DNA of 64,000 nucleotides from Candidatus Altimarinota bacterium (GTDB lineage Bacteria; Patescibacteriota; Gracilibacteria; UBA1369): NCBI GenBank assembly GCA_963677745.1, contig OY782391.1, positions 192,448 to 256,447 of the forward strand, read 5' to 3'. Shown piece by piece: positions 57,135 to 64,000 of this stretch (position 1 is its first letter; each line of letters starts with the position of its first letter). The notes under the pieces were generated by a model. It saw only the letters and a program-made list of their open reading frames with translations, ran no database searches and was not told where the DNA came from. The position numbers and the translations under genes were made by a program.

Positions 57135-57524
57135 ATGGACAATACAATAGACTCAATCAGCAGCAACAGGAGCAACAAACCAGACAACTGGCAGGACAAA
57201 ATTCTCCAAGAGTTTCGCCAGCTGATCAAAGAAGCGGACCCGCTGATGGTAGAAGAAATAAAATGGAGAAAACCATCGAACTCGATGCGTGGAGTTCCTG
57301 TGTGGTCTCACAACGGGATCATCTGCACCGGTGAAACATACAAAGACAAGGTGAAGTTCACTTTTGCCAATGGCGCTTCACTCGAAGATCCCGCAGAACT
57401 CTTCAACTCCAGCCTCGATGGTAACACAAGACGGGCCATCGACATCCACCAAGGAGACAAATTAAACAAATCCGTCCTGAAGGCACTGATTCTGGACGCT
57501 GTTGCCCAAAACCTCAAAAACTAA
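57135..57524 (+). CDS. DUF1801 (YdhG-like) domain protein
   Basis: LQEFRQLIKEADPLMVEEIKWRKPS ... DKVKFTFANG. Confidence 0.65.
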   Translation: MDNTIDSISSNRSNKPDNWQDKILQEFRQLIKEADPLMVEEIKWRKPSNSMRGVPVWSHNGIICTGETYKDKVKFTFANGASLEDPAELFNSSLDGNTRRAIDIHQGDKLNKSVLKALILDAVAQNLKN

Positions 57525-57676
57525 AAATAGTGTTTGTTCAAATTTATTAATTGCTGCTTGAAAAATTCACGGGCTACCCTACCGAGCCCAGCCTTTAAAC
57601 AAAAGCTCCTAGTCTGCCATATTGACCATTCGGCAAATACCAGCTATGTTCAACCCGTCAATTTAATAACATTATT

Positions 57677-58000
57677 ATGAAAACAACTGGCGTACTTATC
57701 ACATTATTCATCAGCACCATAGTGCTATTTGGTTGCTCCAACAATCCCGCTACCGATAAAAATACTGCTACGGTAACGGAAAAGAAAACAAGTCAGCAAA
57801 TCACCGTAGATTTCCTCAACAATGATGGCAGCATTACAAAAATCACAACAACCGAGGCGGAGTTAAACGGTGTAAACGGCTGCTTCATGTACAACGGTAA
57901 ATGTCTCGTAAAAAGTCCAAACCCGGCTCACAACGGGGCCTATGTCCCGGAGGGCGTGGATTTCTATCCTGCCACGGAGGGCGGACCGAAAAACAGTTAA
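57677..58000 (+). CDS. Putative lipoprotein
   Basis: Signal peptide with lipobox MKTTGVLITLFISTIVLFGC|SNN. Confidence 0.6.
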   Translation: MKTTGVLITLFISTIVLFGCSNNPATDKNTATVTEKKTSQQITVDFLNNDGSITKITTTEAELNGVNGCFMYNGKCLVKSPNPAHNGAYVPEGVDFYPATEGGPKNS

Positions 58001-58506
58001 TGAAACCTCTCCAAACCATCAAAAGAGAAGTTCTTAAACTCAATAAGACCACTACCCCGATTGATCCTGATATCCAGGAATTACTGGCTGGCTTAAGAGC
58101 TTTTGCTATTCCCACCCGCTATTCCTGCTCCGGACACCGGGAAAGAAACGGGACTTTTCCCTATGTAGACATCTATACGGATGATTCTCACATAGCTTAT
58201 GATGATTATTCCCCCAAAATGCTCAAAACAAAGGAAACCTTCATCAGGAATAATATTGCCATTCAAAAAAAACTTATCGATCTCCTGACCGAATTCTATA
58301 ATACCCGCAAAGTTGATTATAAATACCAGATTACCCTTCATACCACGCTGGATTGGGCAGGAGTGAGACTGAAAAGCCTGGGAGCGGATCTGCTCAAAAA
58401 AATGCCACCCAAAACCTTCAAAAAAGAACTTGTGAATTATCAGAACGAAATGAAAAAATTCGGTTCATTTTTAATTAAAAAATACAACTCAAAAACTGCC
58501 GCATAA
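58000..58506 (+). CDS. Hypothetical protein (168 aa)
   Basis: The ATG at 58000 overlaps the upstream stop (TAATG). No recognised family. Confidence 0.45.
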   Translation: MKPLQTIKREVLKLNKTTTPIDPDIQELLAGLRAFAIPTRYSCSGHRERNGTFPYVDIYTDDSHIAYDDYSPKMLKTKETFIRNNIAIQKKLIDLLTEFYNTRKVDYKYQITLHTTLDWAGVRLKSLGADLLKKMPPKTFKKELVNYQNEMKKFGSFLIKKYNSKTAA

Positions 58507-58515
58507 AACAGACAC

Positions 58516-59325
58516 ATGAACAAACTTTATATTTTCAAGTCCGAAATGACCGCTTCAGTCCACGTCTGCAGCGATAACGAACTGGCTGAATTCACCAGAA
58601 AACACAACCGGATCACCCGGAGAAACGACAACATCCCCTACCAGCCCTGGTCGCTGACCTGCAGTATGGAATTCCAAAGAGAGCAGACAGCCGCTGACTT
58701 CAGACATTTTCTGGAAACCGGGGCCGGAATGGAGTTTATCCGCAAGCATATTTCCTTCAACCCTTTGTCCGAGCTGAGAAAACTGATGGCCGTGTTGCCA
58801 AAATCCTGCCGGTTTTACCTGATGGGCGGGCTGTCGCTGGACGGCCATCTGGGCAAATTAAGCCGGCCGCATGACGATGTGGACTTGATCTGCTGGCGTA
58901 AAGATTTGGCAATTTTTCAAAAAGCACTAAAGAAAATCGGGTACAAAACCAGGGTAATCTATTCCAAGAAAAAACCGAAACTGGCTATTTTGATGGAAAC
59001 AGACGAAGAAAATCCCGCCATTGAAGTGAAAATTATCGACGTAAAACCGGATAATTGTTTTCAGCTAAACTCCAATGCTCCAACTCCGCTGATTTACCCC
59101 AAAAAATTCCTCGGTCCAGTAATGGTAACACTGGACGGGCTCAAATTTCCGGCCATCACACTCCCCTTCATGCTGGCTTTGAACGAATCAGGGAAACAGA
59201 ACCTGAAAAGAATTAAAAAAGAAAATCCCAAACTTTATAAACTACTCGGTTACAAAATCACAAACAACAAGAACGACCGTCAGATTATCCGGAACCTGCT
59301 CGGCAAAAGTTCAATCAAGCGTTAA
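58516..59325 (+). CDS. Pol-beta-fold nucleotidyltransferase-like protein
   Basis: MGGLSLDGHLGKLSRPHDDVDL fits the GG-x(n)-D-x-D nucleotidyltransferase signature. The substrate is unknown. Confidence 0.5.
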   Translation: MNKLYIFKSEMTASVHVCSDNELAEFTRKHNRITRRNDNIPYQPWSLTCSMEFQREQTAADFRHFLETGAGMEFIRKHISFNPLSELRKLMAVLPKSCRFYLMGGLSLDGHLGKLSRPHDDVDLICWRKDLAIFQKALKKIGYKTRVIYSKKKPKLAILMETDEENPAIEVKIIDVKPDNCFQLNSNAPTPLIYPKKFLGPVMVTLDGLKFPAITLPFMLALNESGKQNLKRIKKENPKLYKLLGYKITNNKNDRQIIRNLLGKSSIKR

Positions 59326-59344
59326 AAATAACCAGAAACCCATA

Positions 59345-59902
59345 ATGCAAAAACACCGGCTAAAACAACAAATTTGGGTACTCGTAATCGGACTGCTGAC
59401 CATCCCACCAACCGCTTTCGCGATAAATCCATACTATGTCAGTAAAGGCCAGACCATCGGAGCAATCTTCCGGGAAAATTTTTTCCGGGTAAACTTTTTC
59501 TTTTCAATCGTCCCTTGGATTCTGTTGATATTGATCCTTATCGCCCTGATTCTTGGATATTTTATCCACCGCAAATACATCGCCTGGCTTTTCTTTGCCG
59601 TCTATCCGGTTATTTTTCTGTACCCCATCCTTACCAACAAAGACACCAGATTATCCAATATACTTCTAAGTAACATCCACAGCTTTTATGTGACTGTTTT
59701 TATCACTATTGTGGCGTTTACCGCTTCCACACTGTTTAACAAAATCAGAAAGAAAAAACATAAACTTTCCGACAGGGATTTTATTCCGATGGCAATCATC
59801 ATCGCCATCGTTCTGATTCTGACGTTTTCAAACGTACCATCAGGTTTGCTGGTATGTAACGTCCCGGTTATCAACCAGTCTTTTAATTGCACCCATTATT
59901 GA
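59345..59902 (+). CDS. Hypothetical membrane protein
   Basis: 185 aa with ~5 hydrophobic helices. Confidence 0.45.
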   Translation: MQKHRLKQQIWVLVIGLLTIPPTAFAINPYYVSKGQTIGAIFRENFFRVNFFFSIVPWILLILILIALILGYFIHRKYIAWLFFAVYPVIFLYPILTNKDTRLSNILLSNIHSFYVTVFITIVAFTASTLFNKIRKKKHKLSDRDFIPMAIIIAIVLILTFSNVPSGLLVCNVPVINQSFNCTHY

Positions 59903-60519
59903 AGGGTCTTCTTTTCGCAGGATTCTCCGTCTTTTGGACTATTGCAAACACCGAAAACCTTGCTGTCATTGAATTTCTCCTCCCATTCCCGGGGATTTCC
60001 GTAATCGGCAAAATCACCATACCAGCTGTGATAGGCCAGCGGTTTGTGGGCAGCTTTGATGGGACACCAGTATCTTTCCGTGCGGGCGCCAATCTCCGAG
60101 GAATAAGCAAACAGTCCGTTCACATAGCTGCAATAGAGACAGTTGATTTTCTGTATAATATTCAGATAGCTCAAAAACCGCCTGTCATAGACGATATATT
60201 CCCCTCTTTTTACCCGCGGAATATGATAAAGAGGCAGGGCAATCAAATTATAGATAGTTACAAACAGATCCAAAATCAGCGCCGGTACTATCATCACATA
60301 GATGAAAGGCATGGAAATAAAATGCCGGACATCGGTCGGTACAACATACTTCCAGGCGGGAATCCGGAATTTTTTATTTCGCTCCCGGAATTCCTTTAAA
60401 AAGGTAACGGTTCTTTTTTTAATGGAAAATCCGTACTTTTCGGCCATCCTGGCGTATTCCCGGCTAAGCGCTTTATTCAGGGCTTCAATCTGTTCCGTAA
60501 GCTTTTTGAATTGGGACAT
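59896..60519 (-). CDS. Hypothetical membrane protein with a Cys-rich C-terminal segment
   Basis: 207 aa. CLYCSYVNGLFAYSSEIGARTERYWCPIK. Convergent with the previous gene, with a 7-nt overlap. Confidence 0.5.
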   Translation of the reverse strand: MSQFKKLTEQIEALNKALSREYARMAEKYGFSIKKRTVTFLKEFRERNKKFRIPAWKYVVPTDVRHFISMPFIYVMIVPALILDLFVTIYNLIALPLYHIPRVKRGEYIVYDRRFLSYLNIIQKINCLYCSYVNGLFAYSSEIGARTERYWCPIKAAHKPLAYHSWYGDFADYGNPREWEEKFNDSKVFGVCNSPKDGESCEKKTLQ

Positions 60520-60693
60520 AAGTTAAAATTATGCACTTGCACAAACTTCACACAGTTAATTCACCTCGGACCTCGATCTAGGTATACATACACTGCCCGC
60601 AAATAGATACAGACAAATTCCGGTACAAACTTCCCGAAACCTTAAAAATATTGTAAACTGTCCCCGTTTGTAGCCGATATCCTCACATTGTTT

Positions 60694-60960
60694 ATGACCA
60701 AGCTGGAAGAACTTAAAAAGGAAATAGATCAAATCAAAGCCAGAAATAAAAAAGTTGAGACCGATAAGGCCTGGGAAACCAGCTCGCTGAGAAAAATCAT
60801 CGTAGCAATTCTTACCTATATTGTGGTTGTAATTTTCTTTTTTACGGCCGGGCTGCCGAAACCTTTTATCAATGCCATTGTCCCCTCTATCGCCTTTTTA
60901 TTATCAACACTGACAGTGCCTCTGTTTAAAAAATGGTACATCAAAAATATCTATAAATAA
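60694..60960 (+). CDS. Hypothetical small membrane protein
   Basis: MTKLEELKKEIDQIKARNKK followed by two TM helices. I chose the ATG at 60694 rather than the TTG at 60688. Confidence 0.45.
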   Translation: MTKLEELKKEIDQIKARNKKVETDKAWETSSLRKIIVAILTYIVVVIFFFTAGLPKPFINAIVPSIAFLLSTLTVPLFKKWYIKNIYK

Positions 60961-60961
60961 C

Positions 60962-61429
60962 ATGCGCGACCAACGCTGGGTAGCTGAACATCGCGGCGGA
61001 CCATTAAAGAAAGAACAGCACCGGCAATTGATCCGCTGGGCCCGGGAGTGCGCCGAACATATCCTGCCGCTTTTCGGCAAAGTTATCGACGGACGTTTGA
61101 TCCAGGCATTACAGGTGGCCAAAGACTGGGAAAAAGGGAAGGTTCCCACAGGTACAGCCATGAAAGCCGCCGTGGCAGCACATGCGGTGGCCAGAGAATC
61201 TTCCGATCCTGTTGCCATGGCCGTAGCGCGCGCGGCAGGACATGCCGTGGCCACCGCCCATATGGCCGACCACTCCCTGGGACCGGCACTTTATAGTTTG
61301 AAAGCCGTCAAACTGGCCGGCAAATCAGTCGAAGCGGAAAGAAAATGGCAGAATGACCGGTTACCGTCAGAAATCAGGGAACTGGTGCTGGCCACAAGAA
61401 TTATTAAAGAAAAAGCTTTTCATCTATAA
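60962..61429 (+). CDS. Conserved hypothetical helical protein
   Basis: 155 aa. Ala-rich repeated helices AAHAVARESSDPVAMAVARAAGHAVATAHMADH. It starts 1 nt after the upstream stop. Confidence 0.5.
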   Translation: MRDQRWVAEHRGGPLKKEQHRQLIRWARECAEHILPLFGKVIDGRLIQALQVAKDWEKGKVPTGTAMKAAVAAHAVARESSDPVAMAVARAAGHAVATAHMADHSLGPALYSLKAVKLAGKSVEAERKWQNDRLPSEIRELVLATRIIKEKAFHL

Positions 61430-61435
61430 TTAAGC

Positions 61436-61804
61436 ATGGAAAAAACCACCCGCACAGACCGGAACATAGACAAATACATTGACTCGTTCACTCCCGATGT
61501 TCAGAGAATCCTGCAGAAAATAAGGACGATTATAAAAAAATGCGCACCGGACGCGGAAGAAACCATCAGTTATGGCATTCCGACCTTCAAACTAAGCGAA
61601 AACCTGGTTCATTTTGCGGCTTACAAAAAACATATAGGTTTCTATCCGACTTCATCAGGCATCCTCGCTTTTAAGAAAGATTTGTCAGTCTATAAACACG
61701 CCAGAGGTTCCGTCCAGTTTCCACTCAACTCGCCGATTCCCTATGAACTGATAAAATCTATCGTAAAATATCGTGTAACTGAGATAAAAGAAAAAAATCT
61801 TTAA
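61436..61804 (+). CDS. DUF1801 (YdhG-like) domain protein, second copy
   Basis: IDKYIDSFTPDVQRILQKIRTIIKKCAPDAEETISYGIPTFK. Confidence 0.65.
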   Translation: MEKTTRTDRNIDKYIDSFTPDVQRILQKIRTIIKKCAPDAEETISYGIPTFKLSENLVHFAAYKKHIGFYPTSSGILAFKKDLSVYKHARGSVQFPLNSPIPYELIKSIVKYRVTEIKEKNL

Positions 61805-61816
61805 ACCAGCCGTTTT

Positions 61817-62305
61817 TTATTTCTTCTTTCTTTTGACGTTCTTGTAGCTGTAGGACTGGATTTCCTCCAAATTGCTTTCGGTTTTGTAACCCAGTGGCAA
61901 AGCCTGACTCAGTTTGTCCACCTCATAATTGCCGTGAATATCGGCATTAACCAGATAAACCTCATCGTTGGCCACCTGGGCAAACAAAGTCAGATATTGC
62001 AGACAGGCACCGCAACAGGGAGTCAGTTTACTGTCCACGCAGCAAATAGCACGGAAATTATAATATCCGTGCGCAACGGCATTATCGATGGCGCAGCGCT
62101 CGGCACAGGTACCAAGACCACTGATTACGCTTTCCACATTACATCCGCCAAAAATCTGTCCGTCAGAGGTCAGCACACTGGCCCCGATTCGATGCTTGGA
62201 TCTGTGACAAAAAGCATTCATGCGGGTTTTAGAAGCTACTTCAATCAATTTTTCCACTTCCTTGTCAGTCAGCCAGGGATTAGATGCCAATAATTTGTTT
62301 TTCAT
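61817..62305 (-). CDS. cdd: Cytidine/deoxycytidylate deaminase-family zinc enzyme
   Basis: CAERCAI and PCGACLQ zinc-binding motifs. Confidence 0.8.
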   Translation of the reverse strand: MKNKLLASNPWLTDKEVEKLIEVASKTRMNAFCHRSKHRIGASVLTSDGQIFGGCNVESVISGLGTCAERCAIDNAVAHGYYNFRAICCVDSKLTPCCGACLQYLTLFAQVANDEVYLVNADIHGNYEVDKLSQALPLGYKTESNLEEIQSYSYKNVKRKKK

Positions 62306-62452
62306 ATAATAATTAATTAATCATGATATTATAACACAATCCCCCCTAGCACGGCAACATACTGCGCCAAATCCAACAGCCATAGACATTAGTTAAAGTT
62401 CAGACGATAATTCGAATTGGTAACAATACCAACCCGCAATATCATTAACATC

Positions 62453-62710
62453 ATGAATCAGACAAAACGACAATGGGACAAGCTGACTGAAGAAAGAAGA
62501 CAACAAAGCATCAATGAAATCATCACTTTTTTTAAAGAATCCCGTGATGAAACCATCGGTGTGATTGCCGCCGAAGATGTTTTGGATTTTTTTCTGCAAA
62601 CCGTCGCCAAAGATATCTACAACAAAGGTATTGATGATTCAAAAAAACTGCTTAACGACCGTCTGGCAGACCTGCAGGTCGATCTGGACACTCTGCTGGA
62701 CAAAAGCTGA
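62453..62710 (+). CDS. DUF2164-like small protein
   Basis: WDKLTEERRQQSINEIITFFKESRDETIGVIAAEDVLDFFLQ. Confidence 0.55.
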   Translation: MNQTKRQWDKLTEERRQQSINEIITFFKESRDETIGVIAAEDVLDFFLQTVAKDIYNKGIDDSKKLLNDRLADLQVDLDTLLDKS

Positions 62711-62750
62711 ACAAACACCTGTCTCCCCCGGAAAACTAATAAAATAAATT

Positions 62751-63182
62751 ATGAAAAAAAACAGCCTGCTCACCAAAATTTTGGCTGTTACCGGTACCAT
62801 GCTGGTCTGGTTACCGGTCCTGGCCCCGATAATTTTCACCCTGATCAGAATTTCCAGGGGCGGCCCGCTGATGATTGACTGGCTGATGCCGGCCGAACTT
62901 TTTCCGGCCGTTCTGTTGGGCGGCGGACTTATTCTGTGGGCCGCCCTGCGTGCCCATTTACAGGTCAAACTGACCGCCTGGAGTCTGGGACTAGCAATCG
63001 GAATGCTGGTCGGGGGGCAGTGTCTGGCCGTGGTCAGCGGACTGGCCTCGGGAGAAACCGAGGCAGACGGATTATGGTGGGGGCTGGTTCTGACATCATT
63101 GCTGATCTATACACTGGCTGTGATTTCCATTGGAATCGGCGGAATTTTATTGATTAAAAATTTGTATTCAAAAAAATCATAA
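62751..63182 (+). CDS. Hypothetical membrane protein
   Basis: 143 aa with four hydrophobic helices. Confidence 0.45.
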   Translation: MKKNSLLTKILAVTGTMLVWLPVLAPIIFTLIRISRGGPLMIDWLMPAELFPAVLLGGGLILWAALRAHLQVKLTAWSLGLAIGMLVGGQCLAVVSGLASGETEADGLWWGLVLTSLLIYTLAVISIGIGGILLIKNLYSKKS

Positions 63183-63214
63183 AAAATTTTCCGTAAGAAA
63201 ATTTGAAGCGATCT

Positions 63215-63556
63215 TTATCCCTTCAGCTTCTTCTCAATCTCCCCGTCCAGCCGATAAAGTTTCTGGACGCCGTTTTCCAGTAAATAATAATGCCAGACAT
63301 AGGCCAGCGTCATAATCATCAAAATCGGAGCCAACACCAGCAGCCCCCAACTGGCCGTAAGCAAAATCCCCAAAGCATTGATAAAAAAGATCATCCCGAA
63401 AAACAAAGTAATCAAAAGATGAATCAACCGTTCATGCTGCAAAAACCCGATGCGCGCCCGGTGCAGCCGCTGCACCGCCTCCCAGTCAGTACCTTTAGGC
63501 TGTTTTTCCAGCAGCCGTTCGATTAATTTAATTTGTTCCCGCAGATATTTATCCAT
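63215..63556 (-). CDS. Hypothetical membrane protein
   Basis: 113 aa with two TM helices after a charged N-terminus. Confidence 0.45.
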   Translation of the reverse strand: MDKYLREQIKLIERLLEKQPKGTDWEAVQRLHRARIGFLQHERLIHLLITLFFGMIFFINALGILLTASWGLLVLAPILMIMTLAYVWHYYLLENGVQKLYRLDGEIEKKLKG

Positions 63557-63730
63557 TACATTTTTGTTTTATATTTATCTGTATTGTGCACGTTTTTGGC
63601 TTACTTGCCAAGCCCCCCGCTCAACTGTTAATCCGGCCGCACCAATTGCGGCAATAACCATCAAAAAACAATGATGGTAAAATTTCTGAATTTTGCTATA
63701 ATTCCCGCGCAACTTTTTAATCCAATTCAC

Positions 63731-64000
63731 ATGAAAGGATTTCATTCCAATATTGAAAAAGACACCCTGGAAAATAACAATTTCCGCAAAGTGCTCTATT
63801 CCGCCAAACATTGCCAGCTGGTGCTGATGAGCCTGCAGCCCAACGAGGAAATCGGCATGGAAACTCATACCGACAATGACCAGTTTTTCCGCTTTGAAAA
63901 GGGCCAGGGGAAAGTGATCATCGACGGCAATGAATACGCCGTAACCGACGGTTCGGCCATTATCGTCCCCTCCGGCGCCCAACATAACGTCATCAACACC
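63731..64000 (+). CDS. Cupin-domain protein (3' partial, runs off the window)
   Basis: My own translation from the ATG at 63731: MKGFHSNIEKDTLENNNFRKVLYSAKHCQLVLMSLQPNEEIGMETHTDNDQFFRFEKGQGKVIIDGNEYAVTDGSAIIVPSGAQHNVINT. It shows the cupin motifs G-x-E-x-H and P-x-G-x-x-H-x-x-x-N. It is not in the ORF track because it has no stop. Confidence 0.7.
   Translation, partial: MKGFHSNIEKDTLENNNFRKVLYSAKHCQLVLMSLQPNEEIGMETHTDNDQFFRFEKGQGKVIIDGNEYAVTDGSAIIVPSGAQHNVINT

Noticed and set aside
57630-57665. The T-loop-like GTTCAACCC in the 152-bp spacer raised the possibility of a tRNA or an integration target.
   Set aside because: The flanking bases do not form a T-stem, and no acceptor or anticodon arms can be drawn. 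No tRNA-like cloverleaf was found in any intergenic region of the window.
62329-62398. TTATAAC ... GTTAAAG, about 70 bp apart in the cdd/DUF2164 divergent spacer, looked like another attC.
   Set aside because: The arms do not pair convincingly, the R' 7-mer ends in G rather than Y, and there is no similarity to the three attC classes. It probably just holds divergent promoters.
63575-63985. A 136-aa minus-strand ORF at the window end.
   Set aside because: The opposite strand encodes a clear cupin-domain protein (63731 to the window end) with canonical motifs. The minus-strand product has no recognisable features.
1-64000. Possible alternative genetic code (UGA recoding, as in some CPR lineages).
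   Set aside because: Recognisable housekeeping genes are full-length with standard stops. No conserved protein appears to be split at in-frame TGA codons.

Overview
This 64-kb window looks like it comes from a small-genome, uncultivated bacterium. Gene content, tight packing and the giant surface ORFs are reminiscent of CPR/Patescibacteria, but that is inference only. The standard genetic code appears to hold. The window has three parts. (1) 1-13.2 kb and 26.5-46.3 kb are densely packed housekeeping genes: pyrG, lgt, greA, rpoD, dnaG, a wecA/mraY-like gene, truB, murE, an O-antigen-ligase-like gene and hpf, then holA, gatA/gatC, ftsX, recO, rel/spoT, rplY, ybaB-like, mltG, dnaA, rseP, frr and pyrH. 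(2) 13.3-26.4 kb is one promoter-to-terminator unit. It holds a 156-aa ORF followed by two orphan giant ORFs: 2169 aa with no signal peptide, and 1960 aa with a signal peptide and tandem Cys-bracketed modules. (3) 46.3-53.3 kb, possibly extending to 54.1 kb, is a chromosomal integron and the most interesting item. It comprises a leftward IntI-like tyrosine recombinase, an attI-like site, and at least nine attC-type imperfect-palindrome repeats in three length classes. The repeats separate short, mostly rightward, compact ORFs. The R'' core at the end of each cassette is the reverse complement of GTT plus the first bases of that same cassette, which is the footprint of circular-cassette recombination. 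The recombinase is only 270 aa and lacks the insertion that defines canonical integron integrases. 54-64 kb carries more small accessory genes: SOUL, msrB/msrA, MazG, DUF1653, two DUF1801, cdd and a cupin. I saw no rRNA, tRNA or CRISPR array by eye.
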